Assembly: GCF_001194135.2 (NCBI RefSeq)
Contig: NC_068985.1
Coordinates: 86,727,475-86,791,474, forward strand
From: Octopus bimaculoides
Lineage: Eukaryota
Length of the DNA: 64,000 nt
Reading direction: 5' to 3'
Made by a program: the position numbers and the translations under genes. The notes under the pieces are model-generated. The model worked only from the letters and a program-made list of their open reading frames with translations, made no database searches and was not told the DNA's origin. This document shows, one piece after another, positions 37,301 through 48,757 of this stretch (the stretch's first letter is position 1; every line of letters starts with the position of its first letter).

Positions 37301-37845
37301 TGACAGACCTGTAGGTGGAATTATAATGGTGTTTTCTAATGACTGGCACCAAATTCTTCCGGTTGTATGACATGGATTTCATGCAGAAATTATTAATGAG
37401 TAATTCAAGATTTCTTCACTTTGGGAAGAACTTCAAATCCTGATTCATTAGAAATATGTGCATTCAAATGGTAGAGGGCAACAGTGGAAAAATAATTTGT
37501 GGAAATTCTGCTTAGAATTTGTGAAGGTAAAAAGCCTTAGAGGCAAGTTCAATCAAAGATAAAAATTCCTTGCAATTCTATGTCTGATTAACAATGGCAT
37601 CATGGAAATTAATTATGTTGTAATGGATTCCTTTTTGGTTCAAAAGCGAAGAATATTTAAACAAAGACACAACCGTCAATAATATCAAATGACATCTTTA
37701 TTCAACATGTCTCATTTGTGTTCAAATGTTTAATATAGCATCTCAAAGACAGTTCAGCCATTGTACTTCTAGGAAATGTTGATGCTAATAATGGTGATTA
37801 TAATGGAAATAAGATATATTATTGAAAGCCTCTGCAACGCAGTTA
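34380..37845 (+). mobile_element. Decayed Helitron RepHel gene (Rep/HUH plus PIF1 helicase), interrupted by a SINE
   Basis: GNTIILP (34534), YGSPRW, YGKLDMFITTNPNW (34628), EQKRGLL (34821), KIPDEEQNPLLFDLVKKNLIH, KYVYKY (35252), LVGFAI..LNNGE, IFQKAYKMMGVLKSDNE, TATSENAG..CNMS, FVIDEEIM (37227), GGIIMVFSNDWHQILPVV (37338), LLRICEG, LKDSSAIVLLGN..NG; many stops and frameshifts. Confidence 0.92.
35890..36110 (+). mobile_element. Family A SINE inserted into the Helitron
   Basis: AGCTATCAGAATCGTTAG..CTGAGTTCAAATTCTGCC..; flanked by AATGTTTTATGGAATGA at 35876 and 36111. Confidence 0.9.
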
Positions 37846-38365
37846 TGTATCTTTTATTTGTGTCAGTCATTAGACTGTGGCCATGCTGGGGCAGTGCCTT
37901 GAAGAATTTTAGTCAAACAAATCAACCCTGTCACTTATTCTTTTTTTAAGCCTGGTAGCACGTGTATGTGTACAGGTATACATGTAAGTGTACATATGTA
38001 TTGACAAATGACAAGTGCCTTGACCCATTTGGGGTCGTTGGGGCACTGCAGCCATGCAATGCATCTTGGGTGAGAAAGCCTGGTAGAGCCTCTCCAGGCT
38101 AAACTCATTTCTACAGCTGAGTGGAGCAACATGAAATGGTTTTGTTCAAGAACACAATGGATCACCCAGTCCAGGATCGAAACCACAATCGTAAATCCAA
38201 TACCCTAACCACTGAGCAATGCACCTCCCCTAGTGGTGTCTATTTTTGCCAGCTGAGTGGATTGGAGCAACGTGAAATGAAGTGTTTTGTTCAAGAAAAC
38301 AATGAATTGCCTGGAATCAAAAGCACATTTGTGTGTCCAACACCCTGACCACTGAGCCACAGGCC
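37845..38365 (-). mobile_element. Family B tail and family B variant SINEs
   Basis: TCTTTTATTTGTGTCAGTCATTAGACTGTGGCCATGCTGGGGCA (tail, reverse); duplicated AGCTGAGTGGA..GCAACATGAAATG units at 38125 and 38250. Confidence 0.7.
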
Positions 38366-39524
38366 TCCACATATGTATATATATGTGCATAAATATGCAT
38401 AAGTGCATGTGTGCTGCACCTTTAAATTCACAATGCATCATTTCATATATTGTTTACCACCTTTTAAACCTCCACCCCACTTCCTTTGCAATTTGTAAAC
38501 TTTCTTTTATTTCGTAACCACTTGAAAGTTTTCTATATTTTCTATCTCTTCCAAAACTTTGTGGCTAATAAAGAAAATATCACTACCACCATCACCATCC
38601 TCCTCTTCCCTCACCTCCTCATCCTCATTATCACCATCACTTTCATCATCATCATTATCATCATTATCTTCATCGTTACAAGCATTATCTTCATCAATAA
38701 ATATTTTCCCCTATCAGTATAATACTTAGATAATTTGTACCAGTTTATTCACAAATAATAATTATTTTCTTTTTTAATCATTTCTTTTTGTATTTTCATT
38801 GGTTTTCTCATCTAATTAGTCTAATTTTTGTCTCTCTTCTCATTTGTAAACTGAAGTTACATCACATCTATGAACACCCTTCAACAGAACAAATGTTTAA
38901 TTGTTTGTTTTTTTTTCCAATAAATGATCGAAATTCTCTCAATATTTCATTACAGAACTAGGGATAGCTGTTAGCAGCATGGCTTCCAGAGAGTAGACAG
39001 TTCCTCAGATAGACATTAAACAGCCTGCAAAATGAACAATTTTACTACATTGGTTCTTATTTAATTTACAAATTTTCTCTCAGTAACATTGTCACAACAT
39101 TTTGTTCCTACCAAGTTCCTTTTGGTTACATAAGGCTCACCTATTCCAATCAATTATTTCCCACTTTCATGTTCTGTGTTAAGAAGTTCTTCATGTTCAC
39201 AATTAGGATTAAAATTAATTTTGAAATTTAAATAAAAGTTTAAATTTTAACTTTATTTTAATACTGAACCTGCTAACTTGTGAACAAAACTTAGCCCACA
39301 TTCAAATTTGAAATGGGCCCCATCTTCAAGTTCATGCACTGTTTATCTTGATATGAGATCACCATGTTGTGCACATATGGCTGTGATGTATGTGTCTGTT
39401 ATACCCTTATCAGACGGGTAGTCATGATGGATATACTGGGATTTGTATATTTGTACCCCAGTGTCACTTTGATGGCATGCATTGCTCTCTCACTCAATAA
39501 TAATAATAATGACAATCTTTTCCA

Positions 39525-39735
39525 TTATAGGCACAAGGCCTGAAATTTGGGTGGTGGTGGTGAGGGGGAGACGACAGTCGATTAAATTGACCCCAGTGCT
39601 TGACTGGTATTTATTTTATCAACCCCAAAATGATGAAAAGCAAAGATGACCTCACCAGAATTTGAACTCAGAACATAAAGATATCGCTAAGCATTTTGTC
39701 TGGTGTGTCAATGATTCTTCCAGCTTGCCACCTTA
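39525..39735 (-). mobile_element. Family A SINE
   Basis: GGCACAAGGCCTGAAATTT..ATCAACCCCAAAATGATGAAAAGC..AATTTGAACTCAGAAC. Confidence 0.88.
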
Positions 39736-40419
39736 ATAATAAAAATAATAATAATAATAATATGAAGGGAACAGTATGTTATCAGATGGGGGGGGGGGCA
39801 AAAGAGTGAAGAAACAAATTAATTACATTTTGTACATCGTCACCCATAAATCAATGTTGACAGCAGCCATGTTGGCAGATATATAAGTGGGGAGGACAAA
39901 GTTTAATTGGTGTCAAATATTGCATAGGAAATGAGAAGCAAAAAAAAAAAATATATATAACAGAGAAAATCCCCAGAAAAAAAAAGTAAAATACGAGGAC
40001 AGTCTTGTGTGATGTAATAAATGTAAAAGAAATCAATTAAATGAATGTGTGGTGGTGGTGGTAGCAGTGGGGAGTGTTGGAAATAAATGCAGCTAAACAA
40101 GAATGGATGTAGAAGAGAAATGTTGATTGGAAAGAAATGGTAATAATGTATTGCCAAATAATTCTAAGTAAGAATAAAAAAAAGAAGGAAATGAAATGAA
40201 GCAAAGAAATTAGGTGAGGCTATTTACAGTCAAAAGTAAATAAATAGAAAAGGCTGTTTTCTATTGAACAACATGGACAGAGGATTAAAACTATTAAACT
40301 AAGACGTCTATAAGTCGTTTTTCTCCCTTTTTTACTTTGTTCATATTGTCCACTATGTACTTAAGAATTGCCAGTAGCCAATTTGGTTAGATTTTTCTAA
40401 TTTGTATTTGGGTAAGGCT

Positions 40420-40434
40420 GATGCCCTCTAGCGG
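40420..40434 (-). promoter_or_regulatory. CTCF-like motif
   Basis: Minus strand CCGCTAGAGGGCATC matches the CTCF core CC(A/G)CNAG(A/G)GGGC(A/G); lies in non-repetitive AT-rich DNA with its CpG retained. Confidence 0.45.
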
Positions 40435-40857
40435 AAAGTATTCAATTCTCAGAAAGTTTAGTGCCTCAAACTGAAAAATAAGGAATCTAAAAGTTTGCCA
40501 TTTCTCTTCATGAAAAAAGAGAACAAGGGAGTACACCATATTTGACGAATGGGTTCACTGTATTTAACAAAGGTGTATCCTGTATTTGACAAATATTTCA
40601 CTATGGTGCAAAGTTCAGTTTATACCTTGCTTTACTGCACAGATCCTTTCTGCAACTGCTAACCTGTCATAAACCAGTGCAGAAACGTTTATTTGGTTAC
40701 CCACTCAGCTAGAAATAGCAACTAAATCTCCTTCAGTCATACACACTATTATCTTAGATAAAGAGTTATTACATCATTTAATGTCATAATATATAACATT
40801 AATTAACTCAATTAATAGCAAAAACTATCTTTTAGTATTTTGAAATTGATGAAAGCA

Positions 40858-40952
40858 GCAATCTGGCAGAAATCATGCAATCTGGCAGAAATCATGCAAT
40901 CTGACAAAAATCATGCAATCTGCCAGAAATCATACAATCTGGGAAAAATCAT
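40858..40952 (+). repeat. 19-bp minisatellite x5 at a SINE head
   Basis: GCAATCTGGCAGAAATCAT and variants, five copies. Confidence 0.9.
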
Positions 40953-41125
40953 TGGCAAAATGCTTGGCAGTATTTCATCTGTAATTATGTTTTGTGTTCA
41001 AATTCCATCGAGGTCAACTTTGCCTTCTTGCGATTATAAAATGAGTACCAGTTGCATACTGGAGTCAATGTAATTGATTTAGTACCTCCTTTGAAATTGC
41101 TGGCCCTGTGCCAAAGTCTGAAACT
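40953..41125 (+). mobile_element. Family A SINE
   Basis: TGCTTGGCAGTATTTC..GTTCAAATTCCATCGAGGTCAACTTTGCC..GGCCCTGTGCC. Confidence 0.85.
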
Positions 41126-41211
41126 GATGTTTTGAAATTGAATACTTACCAAATTCTAAGGAAGAAAAAGTCTACAGACATTGCCCTTTGTGAATATTCT
41201 TTGCTAATAAA

Positions 41212-41370
41212 TGAGGATGTGGCTGTGTCGTTAAGAAGCTTGCTTCCAAATCATGTGCTTGTGTGTTCAGTCCCACTACACAGCACTTTGGACTAGTGTC
41301 TTCTACTATAGCCCCAGGCTGACCAAGGCCTCATGAGTGGATCTCATAGTTGGAAACTAAAAGAAGACCT
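41212..41370 (+). mobile_element. Family B SINE 5' half
   Basis: TGGCTGTGTCGTTAAGAAGCTTGCTTCC..GTTCAGTCCCACT..TCTTCTACTATAGCC. Confidence 0.85.
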
Positions 41371-41529
41371 TCTCTCTTGAGAGTTTCTTTCCACAACACA
41401 CACACACACAGATGTACCATTGAAAGTCAGGAGGTATAATGGATGAATATATCGACTTATGTTAAGTTATTTCCCCAGGGGAAATAAACCAACTTTAGTT
41501 GTCAAGCAGTATTGAGAGACAAACACTTA

Positions 41530-41710
41530 TACAAAGACACACACATACAAATAATGCATACAATGAGCTTCTTTCAGTTTCCATCTCCCAAATTCATCCA
41601 CAACGCTTTGGCTAAGGCTATAGTAGAAATCACAAGCCCGAGGTGTCATGTAGAGGAACTGAACCTGGGACCATGTGGTTGAGAAGCAAATTCTTACTAC
41701 ACAGCCATAG
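41530..41710 (-). mobile_element. Family B SINE 5' half (inverted relative to 41212)
   Basis: GCTTCTTTCAGTTTCCATCT..GGCTATAGTAGAA..GGAACTGAACCTGGGACCATGTGG..TACACAGCCA. Confidence 0.85.
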
Positions 41711-42269
41711 TAGAAAGATTCATAATTGCCTCAAAATATAGAAGTCTTCTTTCTCCATGCTACCAATGTTTGTCCAAGGGAAAGATAGTTACTTGGTCAA
41801 AGATAGCTAGGTACCAGTGTCAGCTCAGAGCTTACTGCCAGAACCCCCACCCCACCACCAGAACAGATATTACTACAACATCTTGTCCATTCCTTTGATA
41901 GTTTGACCAATGCACTACCCTGTATTGGCACCTTGCCATTTGAACTCTCAGAATTAATTTTGAATTAATTCTAAAAGTTCAAATGGCAAGGTGTGATCTT
42001 GGTGGGATTTGAGTCCAGAATGTTGAGATTAAGGATTAATACCACAAGGTATTTTCTTTAGGATGCCCTGGACGAATGGAAGAAGTAGAGTGATTATTTT
42101 CCTCAAATCACAAATCTATCCAATTATCCAACTATTCTGCCAGTTCGCTGCTTCTTCCAGAATATTTGCTGCCAAATTGTTATTAGGGTTTTCTTTGCAT
42201 ATTTTGCAAATGAGGCAGTTAAAGGTCGGGAGAGCATGCCCCTCCCCTCCCTTGCTCCCAAGACTGGAA

Positions 42270-42690
42270 TGGGAGACTAGGATAGACACTCTGTCAGTTA
42301 TGATGACAGGGGGTTCCAGTTGATCCAATCAACAGGATGGCCTGCTTGTGAAATTAATATGCAAGTGGTTGAGTACACCACAGTCATGTGTAACATTTTT
42401 GTATTTCACAGATATGCAAGTGGCTGAGTGCTCCACAGTCATGTGTATCCTCAATGTAGTTCACAGATATGCAAGTGGTTGAGTACTCCACAGTCATGTG
42501 TACCTTTAATGTTGTTCACAGGGAGATTCAGTCTGACACAGAATGTGTTGATGCTGGCTTTTGAAATAAGGTAAGTGGACTGGAACAACATAAAATAAGT
42601 ATCTTGCTCAAGGCTGCAAAGTACTATCAACTCTTGACCTTTTGATCATGAAGTGAATAGCCTCTAACCGCTTAGCCACAGGCCTTCAGT
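42270..42690 (-). mobile_element. Family B variant SINE with an internal ~58-bp triplication
   Basis: ATATGCAAGTGG(C/T)TGAGT.CTCCACAGTCATGTGTA three times at 42357-42530. Confidence 0.8.
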
Positions 42691-42861
42691 GGTAGGTGGA
42701 GGATAGGTGGGAGTTATCTGCACAGGGAATGCTGGCAATGAAGTGGTGCTACAAAGTTAGTCATGGCTTGGACCAATTCTGGTCAAGAATTTAAGTATCT
42801 TAGTTCCTGCTGAAATAAATAGTAATGACTATATGATTAATAGTATAAACTTCTATAGGTT

Positions 42862-43055
42862 TGTTCGATCTGCCAGAAATAATAGCGAAATGCACTTTGA
42901 AACTCTGCTATTTTAAAAAAAGGTAAAACATGTTGGATCATGTAGTCACAGGTAAACTTAGTCAGAACATGTTTTGTAATATTCATTGTGGAAATACTTA
43001 TTGATCATAGGTGTGGTCAATGAGGAATGTCCTAGGGTTAAAGAACGATAATGAA
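42862..43055 (+). repeat. Family D repeat
   Basis: CTGCCAGAAATAATAGCGAAAT..TTGGATCATGTAGTC..TTGATCATAGGT..GGGTTAAA; homologous to 44720(-) and 60905. Confidence 0.55.
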
Positions 43056-43499
43056 TGATATTACCATGAGTTCAGATGTTGCAAAGAGACAGAATTTTGG
43101 TAGGCGGGGTTAAAGTTGAATAAAGTTGGTGGCATTAGTTTGAGGAAGCACAAGAGTGGAAAGTAAAGTTGGTCAAAGAAGGAATTGAACCTGGGTTGTT
43201 CTTCACTACCCTCAAACATGTAACTTTCAAGTGCTAAAGATAACAATGAAATCTTCCTCAAATGACACTCAACTGTCTGAAATAAGATGAGGACATGTTA
43301 GATATTGTTGTCCTTAATGCTTCTAGATGGGATGATCACAGATGGAATGTCTTTTATTAAAAGTTTGCATAAACAAGATTCATTTAGGATTACACAACAA
43401 CATTTGAGAGCTGACTTGTTAGAAATAGCAGCTGAATCTACTTCATGTTACATTATTTAAAACAAAAGCACAGGAATGGCTAGATGCAGGTGTATCTAG

Positions 43500-43654
43500 G
43501 CACAGGCATGGCTGTGCGGTAAGAAGCTTGTTTCCCAACCACATGGTTCTGGGTTCAGTTCTGCTATGTGGTACAATGTGTATTTTCTACTGTAGTCTTG
43601 GGCTGAACAAAGATTTGTATGTGGATTTGATAGATGGAAATTGTAAGAAACCCA

Positions 43655-43728
<74 letters not shown>

Positions 43729-43910
43729 ATGTTTGCCCCTTACCACCACTTGACAGCCTGTGTTGGTGTGTTTACATCCCTGTAAGTTAGTGGTTTGGCA
43801 AGAAGAGACCAATAGAATAAGTATCAGGCTTTAAAAAAAATAAGTCCGGTTGATTCATTTAACTAAAAATTCTTTAAGGTGGTACCCCAGCGACTGAAAC
43901 AAGTAAAACA
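43500..43910 (+). mobile_element. Family B SINE, near full length with internal (GT)n
   Basis: GGCATGGCTGTGCGGTAAGAAGC..GGGTTCAGTT..(GT)n..AATAGAATAAGTA..GACTGAAACAAGTAAAA. Confidence 0.9.
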
Positions 43911-44719
43911 TAGAAGTCTGAGAAAAACAGAAAAATAGGATGTGATGCTTATCGATAAGGGTCTACTTAATCAGGGCCCACTTGGAGAAGAAGTGGGTTG
44001 GGGGTCACACAACAACAAGATTTAATAATATAGATTGTTAAAAGCAGCAAATATTTCCACAATGTAATTGAGATTTTCATAAATGATTTATGTGTTTGCC
44101 ATGTTTAATGCAGGATGTAAATAAGAAGCCAATTGCTAGCCAATCCATCATCAGAATGTGAACATTTCAGAATCATTGAACTAAGCTTATGAGTGGAAGA
44201 AGAAAATTTATGAAAAATTTATAAATGGAACTTCAACAGTTAAGAAAGAAATTGATGGCTGTATTCTTGAGTGTGTGTCTATGAGAGAATGAATGAAATT
44301 AGTTTCTGTGTAGTGTTTTAATGGCATTTGGTTTTAACTAGCTTTTAATTTAACTTTCCAGTCTTGACAGCTATAATATATTCTATAGTCAGACTTTAGA
44401 ATAATGCATTATTCCATTATTTTTCCATGAACAAAATATCTAATTTTGGAGAATCTACTTTTCATTTTATATTTATTTCTCTCACCATTTTCAATCGATT
44501 CTTTGTTTGCATGAATTCTTGTTGTGAGAACTATATTGTTAAATATCTTTCTCAACTAATCTATCATTCCAGCTAATTAATGTAAATACAATAATATGCA
44601 GTGGACTGGAGCTGAAGCTGATCTTTTTGTTGACGGAAATTCAAATCTATATTGGCTCGTTACGGTATCTAACTTAATGAAGTCATATTGAATGGGACTG
44701 CCTTGTCTTCTTGATGATG

Positions 44720-44918
44720 TTGCTGTTTAATAAACCCAACTCAGTTCTGATCAATCAAATCTATGTCAAGGCTTTCCAGTCATGACTATCCCATTTTGTT
44801 GTCAGGTAATACATTCAAGTCAAACTTATTCAATATATCCTTCATCCTTCACTTTTTGAAAGGGTAAGTAGTTTAAGAGTAATTTTGCTGCTATTACTAG
44901 CAGGTCAGGTGACTCCCA
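44720..44918 (-). repeat. Family D repeat
   Basis: Reverse complement reads GACCTGCTAGTAATAGCAGCAAAA..GGGATAGTCATGACTGGAAAGCCTTG..GATCAG..AAACAGCAAC. Confidence 0.6.
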
Positions 44919-45039
44919 CTTGCTCACTCCTGTTGCCAATACACAAGGTAGTCTGAAAGTCTTGTCAGCCCCTACTCAAAAGTAATAAGAACTATAGAGA
45001 AACAATATAATAATATCAAACAGATTTACTGGTTTTGGC

Positions 45040-45290
45040 GTATTCACTTTCATTGACACTGCCATTATCAAACATCAGAGAAGGTCTGTACGAACACCAT
45101 CATTTTCGTGGCACAAAATGATCTGGTGCCATGTCTGGTTTGTTCCACAGTTCCAGAGTTTGAATGTAGGTTTTTGTTGGTTTCAACAAGATGGTGCCTC
45201 ACCCACCCCGCTATACCATCAATGTCAGGGAATACCTGAATGACCCTTACAAGGACAATGAGGAGGATGCGATGTAAGAAACACCAAGTA
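45040..45290 (+). mobile_element. Tc1/mariner-superfamily transposase fragment
   Basis: VWFVPQFQSLNVGFCWFQQDGASP (FQQDGA 45181-45198), then shifted frame YTINVREYLND. Confidence 0.7.
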
Positions 45291-45299
45291 CATTTATAA

Positions 45300-45455
45300 A
45301 GTAGTGGGTGTTAGGAAGTGAATCTGGCTGTAGAAACCAAGATAAAACAGACAATGGGACTTGGTGCAGCCCCTGGCTTTGCCAGCTCCAGTCAATCCAT
45401 CCGACCCATGCCAGCATGGAAAATAGACGTTAATTGATGATGATGATGATGATGA
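45300..45455 (+). mobile_element. Family C SINE 3' part with (GAT)n tail
   Basis: GTGTTAGGAAGTG..GCTGTAGAAACC..CCCATGCCAGCATGGAAA.TAGACGTTAA.TGATGATG. Confidence 0.8.
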
Positions 45456-45461
45456 TATATA

Positions 45462-45509
<48 letters not shown>

Positions 45510-45629
45510 GAAATACACACACACACAAACACACACACATACACATACATATACAGATACACACACGTACACACACACACACACACACATAAATATATAT
45601 ACATGCTGTTAAATTTATTTCCAGTCATA

Positions 45630-45795
45630 GAGAACACTCTCGGAGTGGTCGGCGTTAGGAAGGGCATCCATCTGTAGAAACTCTGTCAGATCAGATTGGA
45701 GCCTGGTGCAGCCTTCTAGCTCACCAGTCCTCAGTCAAACCGTATAACCCATGCTAACATGGAAAACGTACGTTAAATGATGATGATGATGATGA
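45630..45795 (+). mobile_element. Family C SINE 3' part with (GAT)n tail
   Basis: CACTCTCGGAGTGGTCGGCGTTAGGAAGGGCATCC..CAGATCAGATTGGAGCCTGGTGCAGCC..ACGTTAAATGATGATG. Confidence 0.88.
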
Positions 45796-46689
45796 GAGTG
45801 ACCAATGGTTTCACATTCATAAAATGTTTATGTACCCATAACTTAGCAGTTCAGCAAAAGAGATTGATAGAATAAGAACTAGGCTTACAAAGAATAAGTC
45901 CTGGGGTCGATCTGTTCAACTAAAGGCAGTATTCTAGCATGGCTGCAGTCAAATGACTGAAACAAGTAAAAGAAGGAAAGTATAAACAAAATTCTTTTCC
46001 ATGGAGAGAAACAGTAGCCTCCCAATGTCATAGAATTGAGAGATTTTAGACAAACACGGTTATACAACACAGTTTGCATGCTTTAGATTTGTTTTAAATA
46101 TCTGCAGAATGGCAGAACCGCATGTGTTCTTCATTAGAAGAATTTTTACAAGAATCTACACAATGAGATTTTCACTAGATATTGTGAACTAGAAAAATAA
46201 ATATTTACCAAAATTCAGCTTGGATAAATCTATGATATACAAATTTAATAATTTAAATGAATTTAAGATGAATGTAAGATGCTGAAATTATAGAAGGAAA
46301 GAAAACTACATTAAGTTGGATTAATATCTTTAAGAGAAACAAACAAATAAAAATTTATTGTTAATTCAAAGCATGATACATAAAAAAAGAAACTGGATTA
46401 ATAAAAATAATACTTATGCATCATGACAATTGCATGTTACAAGGAGACACCATTATAAAATCAATGTCTGAATATCTAAATATCATTTGATCATTAGTTT
46501 AAGATAAAATAGTGTTTTAAGCATTAAAAAATTGTTCTGTGAAATACAAAAAAAATAAAACATTATAAGACCATTGAGTTTAGAAATAGTTGATATAAGA
46601 AGACTTGAAATTATAATAATACATCTAAGGTGTGAGCAATTTAGAGATTTCTAACTTTATATATATGTATGTCTGTATGTATGTATGTA

Positions 46690-47280
46690 TGTATGCATGT
46701 ATGCCAACCTTTGAACGTCAGGCCTCATGGAGGCAAAGTGGCTGGGTACCTTTTGAGTGTTGGGCCTCACAGAGGCAAAGTGGCTGAGTTTCCTTCGAGT
46801 GTTAGGCCTCACAGAGGCAAGGTGGCTAAGTTCCTTGTTGAGCATTGAGCCTCATAGAGGCAAAGGAGCCAAGCTACTGGGCCTCATGGAGGCAAAGTAG
46901 CTGAGTTCCTTTCAAATGAGCCTCACTGAGGCGAAGTGGTTCAGTTTCTTTTGAGCATTGGGCCTCATGGAATCAAAGTGGTCAAGCTCCCTTTGAGTAT
47001 TGGGCCCCACAGAGGCAATTACCAAGACCTTTGGCATTATGTCATGCTTGAGAAGAAGACCTATCAAGCCAAGCAAAATCACAGTCATGGCAGATACCAA
47101 TGTCATGCAAATGGCACCCGTGCTGGTGGGATGTAAAAGCACACCAGTCTGATCTGACAAAGTTTCTACAGCCGGATGCCCTTTCTAATGCAAACCACTC
47201 CAAGAGTGTAGTGGGTGCTTTTCAAGTGCCACCAGCATGGGAGCCAGTTGGGTGGCACTGGCAACGACCACGCATACACT
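46690..47280 (+). mobile_element. Family C element with eight ~42-bp units, fused to an inverted family C copy
   Basis: Units start at 46721, 46763, 46805, 46848, 46880, 46919, 46961, 47003; from about 47143 the sequence is family C in minus orientation. Confidence 0.85.
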
Positions 47281-47579
47281 TGCTAATTGTTTTAGATGCT
47301 TCTTCTGTAGCTGTAAGTAAATATGAACAATGTCACATCACACCCAATCCGTTCTTGACTAGATGAGACATTCAGGATATGACAGCTGGAGTGGGAGGGA
47401 GAGGGGCAGTGCCAGTACAGATTTTAAAGCTGAATAGAATTGAGCAAGGTAAAGAGCCTTGCTCAAGGGGACAATGCATTGCCTAATCTAGGAATTAAAT
47501 TTATGATCTGACAGTCATGAAACTACCACGACAGCCACTTTTGTTTAGGGCAGATGAAAATGTAGTGTATGAATACAAG

Positions 47580-48650
47580 AACACCTTGAATATTTGGTGT
47601 TGGTAGATTAATTGATTTATAATGTAGATGATCTTTGATTTGGAAAAGTGATTGAAATTTTGAAATTAGTAAAGCTTATTGGAAATTGATTAAGCTTATT
47701 GGTAAAGAATTGATAGGAAAATTGAAGAGAATAAGAAATAAATTACATGAAATATTGAAGCTTAAAATGTGGATTAAATTAAAACCTAAATAAATTGTAA
47801 TGAATAAGTTATAATATAACAGTTGAATATATTTGTTAAAAAACAAACAGTGAACAAATCGAAAAATCATTAAAGGCTAAAAGGTATTAATGAAAGGGTG
47901 ATTAAATAATTAGTCTTGGCTGGAGAGGTGAAGGGTTAAAGGATATACATCGACTGGAAATAACTGAGATTTCTATAGAACGATGAGAAATCAATAACAT
48001 AGGGTGCAGATGTAATAGAGAAATAATACAAAGCAATCATATAATGAGATAATTGAATAATAATATAATTGTTTTAAAATAATAAGATAATGATAGAAAA
48101 ATGATGTGAGGGGTGTGTGGGGAGAATCAAAGAAAATCTAAGGATGATAAACAGAAAAATTAGCTGAAAAAAAACCCCGACAAATATTTACAAAAACATT
48201 TGGTGTCATGTAAAAGAAACAAAAAATGTTTGTGGGTGTTAAAACATGAAATATGTGTGCGTGATATGTGATAAACTGCGAAGAATTATATGAAGAGTTG
48301 GCAGCAAAACAGAGAGGAAAATTATAAGAATGGATGATTGATGTGTTGTGGTTGATGGTATAGGGGACACAGTGTATGGAAGAGTAGTTATTACAAACGT
48401 AGGAGGAAGAGGAATGATAGTCCATTTAGGATGTGGTTTTGTAAAGTAATGAGCGAAAAGGGGTGGAGTTCTAAGGACTGTATGCAAGTATTGTAATAGG
48501 TAGGTAGGATACGTGTTAAAGTATGAACATTTGTATTTAGAGGAGGAGAAAGTGGTGGTGGTGGTGGTAGTTGATTGGTCATCACCAATATCCCTGATGA
48601 TGGCCTTTGTGTTTCATGAAAATATTGTGGAATTAAATTATAGTTAAGAG
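47580..48650. mobile_element. Unclassified strand-skewed block ending in a hammerhead-like motif (PLE-like)
   Basis: G/T/A-rich plus strand like 17230-19350; CTGATGA 48594-48600 and GAAATATT 48618-48625 near its right end. Confidence 0.35.
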
Positions 48651-48654
48651 TTGT

Positions 48655-48688
48655 TGTCATCATTGTCATCATCATCATCATCATCATC

Positions 48689-48755
<67 letters not shown>

Positions 48756-48757
48756 CA
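48655..48757. repeat. (CAT)n(AAT)n microsatellite
   Basis: Direct read. Confidence 0.97.

Noticed and set aside
38221-38238. CCACTAGGGGAGG as a second CTCF site
   Set aside because: It mismatches the 3' GGC core and lies within a SINE-derived region
46721-47030. Regularly spaced 42-bp repeats as a CRISPR array
   Set aside because: Units are contiguous tandem copies without unique spacers, embedded in a eukaryotic SINE-like element, with no cas genes
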